Notes: generated by a model not told the origin, from the sequence alone. DNA of 64,000 nt from an uncultured delta proteobacterium (GCA_963810965.1 CAWEPT010000017.1:55741-119740), one strand, 5' to 3'; positions 42,955-54,579 are shown, counted from the first letter of the stretch. Numbers and translations: made by a program.

Positions 42955-43920
42955 ATGAAGAAGATCATACGTAACGATTGGCGCCGGGTCTCCGGCGAGC
43001 CGTATGCGTCAGGGCGAGACATTCTAAGCGCATGACCGACATCCGGAGGGGTTCGATGTCGATCGGGTGCGATTCGTGGAGGGGGGCGTTCTTTCCCTGG
43101 ATCCGAAGGCCGGGCATTTGGTCAGCGTGATTGCCGGGAACGGAAAAGCCGTGCGGCCGGAAGATCGGCAGTGCGGAATTGCGCCTGGAGGCTGGCGTGC
43201 ACCTTTACATTCCCCCGGGCATGCCGTTGGCGGTCGAGGCCGAAGTGGGGACCGAACTGGTGAGCGTCTCGTGCCCGGACGCGTCGCGGGCGCGCGGGGA
43301 CGGAACTTCTGGTCCGGAACGAGAGATACCTGGCGGCCTGCGCGGCTCCCTCGCAGCCGCTTCGCTGGATTCTGACGCCCCAGTACCTGAGCCGGAGAGT
43401 ATTTCTGCACCATGACAGGACGCTCCTGTCCCGATCCGGGAACCCGGTGTCCTGGTTTCGCACCACGATGTTCGATGTCGGAGGCCTGCCGGGGAACGAG
43501 GAAGGCGAGCCCGTGTTCAAGATGTCGTACAACTCCCGGACGGAATTCAACGTGTGCTACGATGTAAAGGGAACCGCGCGCGTCCGCATGGCCCTGCACC
43601 CCTATTCGGATTCGGGACAGCCATGGGGACCCTGGCATTCGCTCGACGGGGATGCGACCTACCACTTGAACGAGACGGCGGGAGGGCCGGAGGAGGAATG
43701 CCGGATCGACGAAAAGACAGGGAAAAAACGATATTTCCGAAATAAGCACGAGGTCTTTATCGCGGACGGGCACGTGTCGCTCTTCTGCCTGTTCGACCCG
43801 GCTCCCACTGGCGCGGAGCGGCACAAGCCGGGCGAGTACAGCGACTACGAGCCCCTGTCGGAGATCGTCGGAACCGAGTGGTACGAAGCGCCAGCAGAAG
43901 GAAATGGCGAGGTTCGATGA
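42955..43920 (+). CDS. Hypothetical protein (possibly cupin-like) (at least 3 frame changes)
   Basis: Starts at ATG 42955 (MKKIIRNDWRRVSGEPYASG). Pieces are ORFs 43067-43375, 43131-43415 and 43447-43920. No motif was confidently recognised. Confidence 0.3.
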
Positions 43921-44119
43921 GATGGTGGACCGGCTCTCTCTTGCGCAAGCAACAGGGGAACTGAATGCAATGCGAAGGTCTCGTCTATGGGACACCTATG
44001 TCACGGGCCGGGAGGCGCAGATGTCATTTGAAAGGAATCTGATCTCAGGGAAGGTCGCCGAGGGTCAGGGCCGCGAAGGTGTCATCTGCCCATGGATGCA
44101 GAGGGAATCCGAGTCGTGA
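43904..44119 (+). CDS. Small hypothetical protein (71 aa)
   Basis: This ORF overlaps the upstream stop by 17 nt, which suggests translational coupling. No recognisable motif. Confidence 0.3.
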   Translation: MARFDEMVDRLSLAQATGELNAMRRSRLWDTYVTGREAQMSFERNLISGKVAEGQGREGVICPWMQRESES

Positions 44120-44397
44120 AAGGGGATTCGAAGAAACTGGATCGCACATGCCGAGTCTGCTGGAAGAATTTTACGCCGCGTGCGTCAACCCTTCTCAATT
44201 GAAACCGAAGTGTGGCGGGGTTCTTCTCTCGGGATGGCCGCATGCCCGGCAGAAAAGAGTGAAGCGTAGCCGCATCCATTCTGCACAGAGAAGACGAAAC
44301 CGTCCCGGAGGTGTTCAGCGATGCGATGTGCCGGATTCGAACCGGACTTCTTCCGGCGGGCGGCCTCTGAACAGGAAAACGAGTGGACTTGCAGAGG

Positions 44398-45590
44398 ATG
44401 GAGATTGAGCCCGCTGCAAAAACGGCAAACCATCTGGGTTTTTTGGATGGAATCCGCGGTGCTGCGGCCCTGTACGTCATGCTGGCGCATTGCATGATTT
44501 GGGGAGGTTGGTATTGGAATCCGCTGCCAAACGCGAAAATTGCCGTGGACATCTTCATGGTCTTGTCCGGATTCCTGATGGTCTTTCACTACCGGGTCCG
44601 CGAAGGGACAGAACCGATAGAATCGTGGCGGACAGCCGCTCGATTCTGGGTGCGTCGTTACTTTCGTGTTGCCCCCGTGTATTACCTTCTGCTGGCCATC
44701 GTATATGTCTCCTGGGGCACACTGGTCCAGGGATATACGACGCTGCAGCAAATCAATCCGGATCAATGGCAGAAACCGTCGATTTATGATCCCGACCATT
44801 ATCAGATGGACTGGGTCAACGTGCTAGTTCACGCTTCCTTTCTTTTTGGATTGTCCCCTCAGTATGCTTTCTCCAACATGACGCCCGATTGGAGTATCGG
44901 CCTGGAGATGCAGTTTTACGCGGCATTTCCTGTGCTGTATGTGCTGTTGAGGAGATACTCTTGGGTTTGGATAGCCATGGTTTCACTGGCCCTGAGTATG
45001 GTCTGCAATCGTTTATTTCTCGCTCTTCCCGGAGCCCTGCCTGGCACACTGGGATTATTCCCGGAGCCATCATTCTTGCTGATGAAGCTGCCGCTCTTCA
45101 TTGTCGGGATGCTGGCATGTGAGATTTACTGTCTGCATCAGCAAGCACCGGGAAAGTGTGTGCTGATGACGATGGGTGTTCTTCTGGTCACGGCTACGTA
45201 TGCGATTTGGGTCAGTATCGCCACGGGAATCATTCTCTGGCTGGCATGGAGCCGCGCTGCCGAAGCAGGAGACGGACTGGATTGGATACGTCGATGGCTG
45301 GAAGCCTCCTTGAGCAACCGATATGCAAAGCTCATGGCCGATTGTTCGTATTGCGTCTACCTGATGCACGGCCTTTTGATTTCTGCTCTAGGCGGGGGAT
45401 GGCTGTTTCTTAATCCTGCCTTTTTAAGCCTCAGTCCCCCCTCCGCGTAGGGATTCTCATGTCCATCGTCTGTCCCGGGACGTATCTGGCGTCATTCCTG
45501 CTTCATCACCTGCTCGAAAGACCGGGCATCAACATGGGTCGTTGGGTGATTCATCGCTGGATTCCCCTTGCTGACGCTGCGAAAAAGTGA
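44398..45590 (+). CDS. Acyltransferase-3 family membrane O-acyltransferase (frame change near 45440)
   Basis: ORF 44383-45450 carries NHLGFLDGIRGAAALYVMLAHC. A tail frame ..LLHHLLERPGINMGRWV.. ends at TGA 45588-45590. Confidence 0.75.
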
Positions 45591-45785
45591 AGGCCGTTAC
45601 TAGCCTGAGGCCCTTTGCTAGCAAAGCGCCTCAAACTGAGCGGGCCGCGCTGGAAAGAAGGCATTCTTGCGAAGCGGGTCAGCAGTAGACAGTTCTGGAT
45701 ACAATTCGACTTGAGTGGTAGAATCAAATGTCGAACAGACCTCATAATCTCTCTTCCGTGAGAATAGATTCATTTATTCGAATCA

Positions 45786-47262
45786 ATGACAGAAAAGTTA
45801 AAAAAGGACGAACTCACCCAAAAGACGATCCGCGCCCTCTCGTGGAGCCTTCTGGAATCTGTCGGAGTGCAGACCGTGAGGTTTGCATTCGGGGTTGTCC
45901 TTGCGCGACTGCTTTATCCTGAGCAATTCGGGCTAATCGGGATGCTGTGGGCATTCATTGTGGTGGCGCAATCCGTCACCGACAGCGGATACGGTGCAGC
46001 CCTGATCCAGAAGCAGGAGGCGACGGACGTCGACCTCAATTCGGTCTTCTATTTCAATATCGTGATTGGGCTGGCTGCGATGGGTCTGATCTGCCTCATC
46101 GCCCCATGGATTGCAGCATTTTTCAATCAGCCGCAACTGACATCGCTGACGCGGGCTATGTCGGTCATCATCGTGCTCAATTCGATCGGGGAGATCCATT
46201 TTACGCTCATACACAAGAAGTTGGATTTCAAAGTGCTGACCAAAGTCAGCCTTACCGAAACAGCGATCTCCGGCACCATCGGCATTGCGTTTGCGTTCAT
46301 GAGTTTCGGCGTGTGGAGCCTCGTGGCCCAGCAGGTATCCGGTTCGATCATTCGCAACCTCTTGCTGTGGTGCTTCAATTCGTGGCGTCCGGCCTTCGTC
46401 TTCAGTTTTTAGTCTCTGCGGAAGCTATTCGGGTTCGGGTCGAGAATGCTTGCTTCGGGTTTGCTTGAGCAGATATTCTCAAATCTTTATCAGTTGGTGA
46501 TCGGGAAATTATTTACGGCGGCGGATCTGGGTTACTTCATGCGCGCCAAGACATTCCAGGAAATTCCGACAAACATCGCTGTCCGGCACTGGTCTCTCGG
46601 GTTGTATTCCCCGTTTTTTCCAGCATCCAGGATGATACGGCGCGTCTGAAGACCGGGTTGAAGAAAGCACTGACCACGCTTGTCATGATTCAATTTCCCA
46701 TGATGATTGGGATGGCCGTCGATTGCAAAACCTCTCGTATTGACTCTGTTGACGGATCGATGGGCGGAATGCATACCCTACCTCCAACTGCTGTGTTTTG
46801 CCGGCCTGCTCTATCCCGGCGCACTTGATGAACCTGAACGTGTTGATGGCGCTGGGCAGATCGGACCTGTTTCTCCGGCTGGAGATCATGAAAAAAATCC
46901 TGATCGTCATCAGCATCGCCGTGACCTGGCAGTGGGGCATATCAGCCATGATCTACGGCCTGATCGTCCTGTCCGTATTGTGTTTCTATCTGAACAGTTA
47001 CTACACAGGAATTCTGATCGGCTATACGTTGTCGGCGAGCAGACTCGGGACATGCTGCCCTATCTGCGTCATGGCCGTGCTGATGGGGGTTTCCGTGTAT
47101 GCCGCGGGACATGCTGCCGATGCAAGCGATTGGCAGATGCTGCTCCTGATCGAAATGACGGTTGGGATTGGCGGTGTATGTTTTCTTGTGCCGGGTTTTC
47201 CGGCTGGCGGCGTTCATGGAGATATGGGCGATGGGATGGAAGAAGGATACATGGCGACATGA
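45786..47262 (+). CDS. Wzx-like polysaccharide flippase (MOP superfamily) (at least 4 frame changes)
   Basis: ORFs 45786-46412, 46446-46649, 46707-47429 and 46798-47262. The N-terminus ..TIRALSWSLLESVGVQTVRFAFGVVLARLLYPEQFGLIGM is typical. AT-richer than its flanks. Confidence 0.75.
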
Positions 47263-47321
47263 TCGGGCAGAAGCGTGCAGGGGATCGAGGTCGGCCAGTC
47301 AGGAAACGGGGAGAGAGGATC

Positions 47322-48254
47322 ATGGAGCCTATTAGTCAGCGTACTGATGATCACGTACAACCATGCGCCGTACATCGAGCAGAGCGATCGAAGGGGTCCT
47401 GCAACAAAACGAACGGATTTCCCGTATGAGCTGGTCATCGGGGAGGACTGCTCGACGGACGGGACTCGCGAAATCGTGCTTCGAATATCAAAAGAGATAC
47501 CCGGAACATCATCCGGGTGATCACGTCGGATCAGAATGTCGGGTTGAAGAAAAATGCATCGCGCACCCGAAGGGCCTGCCGGGGGAAATACATCGCGTTC
47601 TGCGAAGGAGACGATTACTGGCATCACCCGGAGAAGCTCCAGATGCAGGTGGATTACCTCGAGAGCCATCCGGAATGCGGCCTGGTGTATTCGAATTACA
47701 ATGTGGACAACGTCAAGTCAAAGACCCTGATTCGGGATTTCATTACATACAAGAAATGGAAACGTGCAGGATAAACTGAGGTCCGCTGTATTTCCTCGAT
47801 GGAGAAATGTCCGTGACAATTCTTACCTGCACGGTGATGGTGAGGAGCGAGCTGCTGGAGAAAATCATCGAGGCGGATCCGTACCTGCATGAAAGCGGCC
47901 ATTTTATGATGGGCGACATCCAGATGTGGGTGGAAATGTCTGCGATCGCTGAGACAGGATATATCCCGGAATCTCTTGCGACCTATAGCGTTTCGGAAGA
48001 ATCCGCAACGAGGAGCCAGAAGGATCGTGAACGAATTGAGATTTCAGGCATCCCTCAGCGAACTGACGCTGTATCTGAGCGAGAAATACAGGATGCCGGA
48101 AGACGTCCGGCAGCGTCGACGTGGAGCAGTGGTGCGATGCGTCCGCTGCGACTGGCCTTTGCATGAAAGGAATGCGGCATTGGCGAAGGAAGTGAGGAGA
48201 CGAAAGATCGATATTCACATGGCAAGACTGGTGTCGGTATTACGGGGCCCGTAA
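47322..48254 (+). CDS. GT2-family glycosyltransferase (at least 4 frame changes)
   Basis: GAGAGAGGA-N5-ATG at 47322. Dropping one G after the ATG gives [20 protein letters not shown]. Pieces are ORFs 47275-47520, 47517-47774, 47807-48166 and 47976-48254. Contains GEDCSTDGT and FCEGDDYW. Confidence 0.7.
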
Positions 48255-48385
48255 TGCTATCGGTTCACTATGGCTATATGTTCTGTTCGCTGTCGTTGAA
48301 GAATCGTCTGATCCAGTCAGAAAGGAAAGAGTGGTATGAATAAGAACAATTATGAAGCGATTTCTCGCGAAGAAGGTGTGCGGAC

Positions 48386-49509
48386 GTGAGCAGGGGGAAA
48401 GCACGCAGAATCTGCATGCTTACCGCGCGGGGGTACGCGCACAATGCCTTCCGGTGCGGGTTCTACGAGGCGCAGGACGTGCTGGCGGGGATCGACGACG
48501 TCGATCTGATCGCACTTCGGCCGAAACCGCACTATGCGATCCGTCAGCCCCTGCAGAAATACCTGGTCTGGCACGATTTCACGGGCGTGTCGTGTCCATG
48601 AACATGGTCTTGAGCCCGTGCGACATGGCGGGCGAGTACGAGCTGTTCGTCGCCCATGTCCCCCATATCCAGGACCTGATCCAGCTGTCCGCCGTCAAGG
48701 GCTGGAAGGAGCGCTGCCGGCGGAGCATCTGCTGGATCGACGAGGTCTACGCCGCCGACGTAGCGGCCTACAGGACCTGGCTTTCCGTCCTGAAGGACTT
48801 CGACCACGTGGCGCTGGGCATGAGCGGGACGGTGGAGACCTTCAGCCGGGTCTATGACCGCCCGTGCCACTTCGTGCCGGGCGCGGTCGACGCGCTCCGG
48901 TTCAGCCCACTGCCGGATCGCCCGGAGAAAGTCGTCGACATTTACAGCATCGGCCGGATCGGGGACGGTTTGCACCGTGCCCTGCTGGATTTCGCCGCCG
49001 CGGGGAAACGGTATTACCTGCACGACACGTTTCTCGCGTCGCATGCCTCCGTCTACGATCACCGGCAGCATCGGCAGCTGATTGCGAACACGGCCAAGCG
49101 GAGCCGCTATTTTCACGTTGCGCCCGCGAAGATGAACGTGCCGGAGGAGACGAGGGGGCAAAGCGAGATCGGATTTCGCTACTACGAGGGGTCGGCGGCC
49201 GGGGCAGTCCTGATCGGCCAGGTCCCGCAGTGCGAGGCGTTTCAGACGATGTTCGGCTGGCCCGATTCCGTGATCGAAATAAGCCCCGACGGGTCCGATG
49301 TGGCGGCCGTCCTTTCGCGGCTGGAGGCGGACAGGGAACGGGTGTCGGCCATCGGCAGGCGCAATGCGGCGGAGGCGCTTCTCCGTCACGACTGGCTCTA
49401 TCGATGGAAACGGATCTACGAGATTGTCGGACTGAGCGTAACGGATGAAATGAGGCTGCGGGAGGATCGGCTGAAAACGCTGGCGGAAGCGGCAAGCGAT
49501 CCGGGATAG
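48386..49509 (+). CDS. CgeB/DUF3880-like glycosyltransferase-fold protein (frame change near 48590)
   Basis: ORFs 48386-48601 and 48352-49509. The C-terminal part ..RYYEGSAAGAVLIG...RRNAAEALLRHDWLYRWKRI resembles GT1_2/CgeB-type proteins. Confidence 0.45.
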
Positions 49510-49652
49510 CGTGAGGGGATGGCGTGGAAACGCAATGATGGAGGCCTGCCTCTGCGCGGAACCGCGCGGGATCGCGCGGGGGTTCATCCGGCGCGAGACG
49601 GAGCGGGCAATCGGCGATTCGGGAGTGCAGGGCGGGGCGGGCGCGGCTTGCG

Positions 49653-50304
49653 ATGAATCAGACGTCGATCTGGTCGCTCGAATATCTGATGGGACGGTGG
49701 AGCCCCGGCATCGGCGACCCCCACTTCATGGGATGGTTCACGGCGGTCTCTTACCTGGTCTGTGCCGTCGTGGCGGCGTTTTTCGCCACGTTCCTCAATC
49801 AGATGGAGGAAAAACGAGACTGCCGATTCTGGCTGATGATCACGTTGCTGATGCTGTTCCTCGGGAGTCAACAAGCAACTCGACCTCCAGTCGTTATTTG
49901 CCGAAGTGGGGAGGCAGATTGCGCTTGCCCAGGGTTGGTATCCCCAGAGGCGTGTTGTGCAATTTTCCTTTATCGCCGTCTTCGTAACGATACTGATCGG
50001 AGCCTTCCTTTGGTTTGCGAAAGCCTGCCGCGATCTATTCAGGCGATACCTGATCGCATCCTTCGGATTATTGTTTCTGATCGGTTTTGTCATCCTCCGA
50101 GCCTCGGCATTTCATCATGTCGACGAGATGATTCAATATGACCTCCATGGGATCAAGATGAACTGGGTGCTCGAATTGACGGGTATCCTGCTGATTCTCG
50201 TGGAGGGGATTGAAAGCATTGGCGGATCCACTGCTCGACTCCGCAAGGATCTGACCGGGGACCTGGAAACGGGCTGTGCGGGGAAATGCGTCTTGTCGCG
50301 ATGA
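49653..50304 (+). CDS. Hypothetical multi-TM membrane protein (frame change near 49870)
   Basis: ORFs 49653-50141 and 49906-50304, with several hydrophobic segments. Confidence 0.4.
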
Positions 50305-50397
50305 GCGGAACGGCAGCAGGCGGCGGATCTTCACGGGTTGCGGAAGACGGCGCAGGGGAGGAAAGCGGCAGGACCGTCAATCGGTCGGTGTCTGAAT

Positions 50398-50430
50398 CAG
50401 GGCGGGACGAAATCCCGCCCTTATTCTTTT
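50398..50430 (+). terminator. Rho-independent terminator closing the plus-strand EPS operon
   Basis: CAGGGCGGGA-CGAAA-TCCCGCCCT followed by TATTCTTTT. Confidence 0.7.
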
Positions 50431-50649
50431 GCCGAAGACGGCAGGGACTGCCTTTCGGCCGGGGCCGTCCTCTTTCATCTGGATCATCTTCATCACAGGC
50501 TTGCGCGGCGATCCATGCTTTTTCTCAACAGAGGCGATCAAAGAGACAATCATCCGCCAGTTAGCCGTTGGGGCGCGGCGTCTCTTCGACGTTAACTTGT
50601 AAGATTGTTTTCACGGAAGGGAAGCGGGCTGAATTCCGGGAGAAGGGGT

Positions 50650-51820
50650 TCAGCCCTCTTCTCTTTTGTCCGGGAAATCCTGCGGCGAGGACGAGCGCCG
50701 ACTCGGCGATTTCTCTTTCTCCGCGAGCCGTTCCTGTAAGTGTTCGACCTTTGCCGCCAGCTTCGCCCGGCTGTCGTAGCTCTTTTTCATCTCCCGGAAG
50801 AACTTGGTGAAAACCTTTTCCAGGTCTTCCCGGTTTCCGTTCCGGGCCTGCAGCTCCCGCGTCAGGTTCCGGGTCTCGTTCTCCTGCGAAGCCAGCCTCT
50901 CCTCCAGCATGCGGATCCTTGCCTGCATTTCCTGAAGAATCGGTGTGGCCGTTTCGGATGCTCCGACCCCCTCCTTTTCCTTTTCGTCGGGAAAGGAGTC
51001 CTGCGTATCCCCCTTCGTTCCCAGATTTCTTGCCTGGGCAACCGCCTCGATCAGGTCACGGCCGATGATCTTTACATCATCGGCGTATCCGTACACAAAA
51101 GCGGCATCGCAGAGAGAATTGATGAGCCTGGGGATGCCAAGGGAGTGCTTGTAGATGGCCTTGAGGGCCTCAGGATCAAAAACATCGAGATTCTGAGCCC
51201 CGGCAACCGTAAGACGATGACGGATGTAGCCGTCGACCTGCACCTGGTCCAGCGCATCGAGGTGGCAATAGACTGTGATCCTCTGGACGAACTGTTCCAT
51301 GCGCTTCTGCTGAAGTTTCTCCTTCAACTGGGGCTGGCCCACGAGAATCATCTGGATCAGGTGGTGCTTTTCGGATTCCAGGTTGGAGAGCATCCGGATT
51401 TCTTCCAGCGACCGCTCCGGCAGGTTCTGGGCCTCGTCGATGATCAGGATGACCCGTTCCCTCTTTGCGAATTGCCGAGGAGATAGGCATAGAGACGGGT
51501 CAGCAGGAGCGTCTTGTCGGCATTGGCCACCTCGAGGTCGAACTCCTGACAGATCATCTTCAGCAGTTCCTGGGGGTGAACGAAGGTGTTGTTGATGATG
51601 CCGACATGGATGGTCTGGGGGATCTTGCGCAGGAGATAGTTGATCAGGGTCGTCTTGCCGGAGCCGATTTCGCCGGTCACGACAACAAATCCCTTGCTTT
51701 CCTGGATGGCATACTCCAGGTGGGAGTAACATTCTCATGACCCGGGCTCATGTAGAGGTAGTCCGGGTCCGGGGTCAGGTTGAAGGGTTTTTCCTTTAAT
51801 CCGTAAAAAGACTCGTACAT
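50650..51820 (-). CDS. ExeA-like AAA ATPase, PEP-CTERM-locus secretion ATPase type, with a C-terminal coiled coil (2 frame changes)
   Basis: Starts MYESFYGLKEKPFNLTPDPDYLY at 51820. Walker A GEIGSGKTT lies in ORF 51444-51680. ..ILIIDEAQNL.. and the remainder lie in ORF 50650-51738. Confidence 0.75.
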
Positions 51821-51835
51821 TCGTTCGTCGTTCCT

Positions 51836-52645
51836 TTAATCCAGCGATTTGTTAAAAACCGTTCCGATGATGGGCTTGTTTTTCATCATCTCCAGTACTT
51901 TCAGAACATCTTCCTTCTTTGTCTTTTCCGCCTCCACGACGAGGAGGATCCCGTCCACCAAATTGGCCAAGACAAGCGGATCGGCCGATGTCAGAACCGA
52001 AGAGGTGTCAAAGATGATGAAACGCTCCGGATACCGTTCTTTCATCTCTTTCAGCAGAGCTTTCATCTTTTCCGAGCCGAGCAACTCCGCCGAATTGGTG
52101 TGAGGGCTGCCGCCGCGGAGTATGACAATCCGATCCATTCCCGGATTCACGAGACCGTCGGTCATCGGTTTTTTGTCGACCAGGCAGTCCGCAAACCCGG
52201 GCCCATCGTCCAGCCCCATGTATTTGTGAATGGTCGGTTTCTTGATGTCGCCATCCACCAGCAGGACCGTTTTATTGAATTGATGCGAAAAGCTGATCGC
52301 AAGGTTGATCGCCGTCAGGGTCTTCCCCTCGCCGGGATTGGCGCTCGTGATCATGAGGGTGTTTTTCCCCTCTTCGCTCATGGTGTTCAGGATCTGCGTC
52401 CGCAGAATCTTGAGTCGATCCGCTTCATCCCGGGTACAGACGGAAATCACCCGGTTTCTGTGCAGGAGATCCTCATCGCACTCGATGACTTTCGTGCTCG
52501 AGTAGACGGGTTTCAGCGGTTTGTATTGAGCCCGGGTTGTTTGTTCGGTCTGTGGGACCGCCGGTTCGATGCTTCGTCCATCCCCCGTCTCAATCTTTTC
52601 TCTGTCTTGTTTTGCTTTCTCAAGGGCCTGTCTCAATTTGCTCAT
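51836..52645 (-). CDS. BY-kinase-like P-loop ATPase (EpsG / PEP-CTERM-locus tyrosine autokinase type)
   Basis: Intact 269-aa ORF. Contains Walker A ITSANPGEGKT, plus VLLVDGD and IFDTS. No Tyr-rich C-terminal tail (it ends ..GTVFNKSLD). Confidence 0.75.
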   Translation of the reverse strand: MSKLRQALEKAKQDREKIETGDGRSIEPAVPQTEQTTRAQYKPLKPVYSSTKVIECDEDLLHRNRVISVCTRDEADRLKILRTQILNTMSEEGKNTLMITSANPGEGKTLTAINLAISFSHQFNKTVLLVDGDIKKPTIHKYMGLDDGPGFADCLVDKKPMTDGLVNPGMDRIVILRGGSPHTNSAELLGSEKMKALLKEMKERYPERFIIFDTSSVLTSADPLVLANLVDGILLVVEAEKTKKEDVLKVLEMMKNKPIIGTVFNKSLD

Positions 52646-52717
52646 GCTCGGTTGATCCTCTATACAGGTTTCGTCATCTTCTGCCGGAAAATGACTCTCA
52701 TCCTACCTGCTTCTCCT

Positions 52718-54365
52718 TTATTTTTCCTTCCTTGCCAGATTCGATGCTCCCCGGTGCAAATCCTCGAATACCCGTGAAATGATATTCTTTTCCGATCTGG
52801 CTTTCTTTTCCTCGTCGGTTATCACATACGGCATGATGGTCAATACGGGGACCTTCGTAATTTTGCGCAGTTGCTCGGGGGATTTGATGGAATGATCGAG
52901 GTTTTCCGTCATGATGGAGGCAAACAGCCCGGCAAACAGGGACAGGAAAAGTCCGGCCAGCATGATTTTTAACCGGTCCGGCTTTTCCGGTTTAAGGGGA
53001 ACCCGAGGCTCCTCGATGACCAGGAATCGTTCTCCAAGCTGGGTGTCCTCGATTTCTTTCGCTACTTTTGCATCGGTCAGCTTGGCCAGCGTCTCATTGT
53101 ACTGCCTTGACGCGTTATCGTAGTCCTGGGCCAGTTTGCTGTATTCGCTCTGCACCAGTGAGGACATCTGGCTCTTTCTGGCGAATTCGCTGATCTTCCT
53201 CTGGATCTCGTCCCGCTTTCTGATTTGCCGGTTCAGCTCGTCTTCCGCGGAATTCGATCTTGCCTGGCGCCGGCTTCGTTTCTGCTCTTCGACCTGCTTC
53301 GATAAAACGGATATCTCTTCTGACAGTCTGCTTCACCGTCGGGTCATCGGGTCCGGAGTTCTTTTTCAGCTCGGCATGCCGGTTTCTGAGTGCCTCGAGT
53401 TCGCTTTCTTTCTTGCTCAGCTCGTCCGATATGCCCAACTGGTTTTCAAGCCTTTGAATTTCGGCTCTCGTTTTTCGGACATCGGGATGCTTGTCCGAAT
53501 ATCTGGACTGCAGGCTCGTGAGTTGTGCGCGCAATTGCGTCAGGCGAACCATCGGATCGTTCGAAGGTTGTGCGCCTGCCACCCCTCCACCGGCAGGGAC
53601 ATTGGAAGCCAGTTGAGATCCGGATGTCCCGGCTTTCAGTTCTTCCAGTTGCTTGATCCTGGCATTGACCTCTTCGAGCTGCTGGTTCAGGCGATAGGTC
53701 TGCTCGAGATTGAAAGCCATGTTCTCGGGAAATTCGCCGGCATGCGCTCTCTTGAAATCGTTGAGTCTTTTTTCAACAGCATTTGTCTGTTCTTTTAATT
53801 GATTGAGTTTCTCCTGTAATACCGCTGTGGCCTGCTTGGTGATCTGATCCCTTCTTTGGAGATTTTTTTCAACATAGAGAGAGGAGAGCTCTGTTGCAAC
53901 TTTATGAGCCGTCAACGGATCGTCGGCTGAATAAGAAAGTCTAAAGGCAACCGTCTGGCTGGGGCTATATGACCTGGGATCGATATCTCCGGACTTGATC
54001 GTTTTCAGTTCTATATTCTTGCGCATATCATTCAGTGCGGCCTCAACGGCACGCGGATCATCCGGATTTGGAATCAGGTTGAGTTTCTTGGAGATCTGAA
54101 GCAACTTGTCCTGTGTCAAAATCTGCTGGGTGATAACTTGCAGGCGCTCCTCGACAAATCCCATGGAAACGCTTTTCAGAAGCTCGCCGGCTATCTGTCC
54201 TTCGATTAAAATCGTCGCGGAGGATACATACACCTTGGGTGAGAAAAGAGCGAAGAGGACCGATCCGGCAAAAACAAGAGATGAAATAACAATGAATATC
54301 TTTTTCCGCCTTCTGATGAACCCTTTGACAAATTTAGCGTCTATTTTTTCCGGTTGTTCGCGCAT
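52718..54365 (-). CDS. Wzz/PCP-type chain-length determinant (EpsF-like) (at least 2 frame changes)
   Basis: ORFs 53115-54374 and 52718-53167. It has an N-terminal TM segment, a long coiled periplasmic region and a C-terminal TM segment (IMLAGLFLSLFAGLFASI). Confidence 0.7.
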
Positions 54366-54456
54366 AGGCACCAAGCTATCCTCAATAAAAAATCGATTTG
54401 TTATGAATTGTCACAGCCTGTCGACTATGTATACGGCAATTTCGCGTATGTCTTCA

Positions 54457-54473
54457 TGCAATAAATACGCCCC
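54457..54473 (-). promoter_or_regulatory. Sigma54-type -24/-12 promoter candidate for epsF-epsG-ATPase
   Basis: The minus strand reads GGGGCGTATTTATTGCA. GG and GC have the canonical 12-nt offset and the TTGCA -12 box is present. It lies about 90 nt upstream of ATG 54365. Confidence 0.4.
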
Positions 54474-54556
54474 TATTTTCCCTGAATTCTTAAAAAAATC
54501 AAGAGATTATTTGATTCTGTCCGCCATGACTGCATCGTGTAACTCACCGCTTTCAT

Positions 54557-54579
54557 TATTCAAATAGCGATATTGAATA
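54557..54579. promoter_or_regulatory. Inverted repeat TATTCAA-N9-TTGAATA (candidate activator site)
   Basis: Read directly. Its centre lies about 97 bp upstream of the -24 GG. It shares TCAA..TTGA half-sites with the palindrome at 9115-9140. Confidence 0.35.

Noticed and set aside
44079-44408. 109-aa ORF between the 71-aa ORF and the acyltransferase.
   Set aside because: It is basic and low-complexity (..RQKRVKRSRIHSAQRRRNRPGG..) with no motif. It is probably a mis-framed reading of a disrupted gene or a spacer.
50377-50553. 58-aa minus-strand ORF (MIVSLIASVEKKHGSPRKPVMKMIQMKEDG..) downstream of the ATPase gene, below the track cutoff.
   Set aside because: It has no clear RBS and runs through the plus-strand terminator hairpin (50398-50430). 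No family was recognised. It remains possible but is unsupported.
9755-54365. Treating the many broken EPS genes as evidence of a decaying, non-functional island.
   Set aside because: Frame disruptions are just as frequent in flanking core genes (mlaE, mlaD, ABC-F, ligase). A technical origin is therefore more parsimonious.
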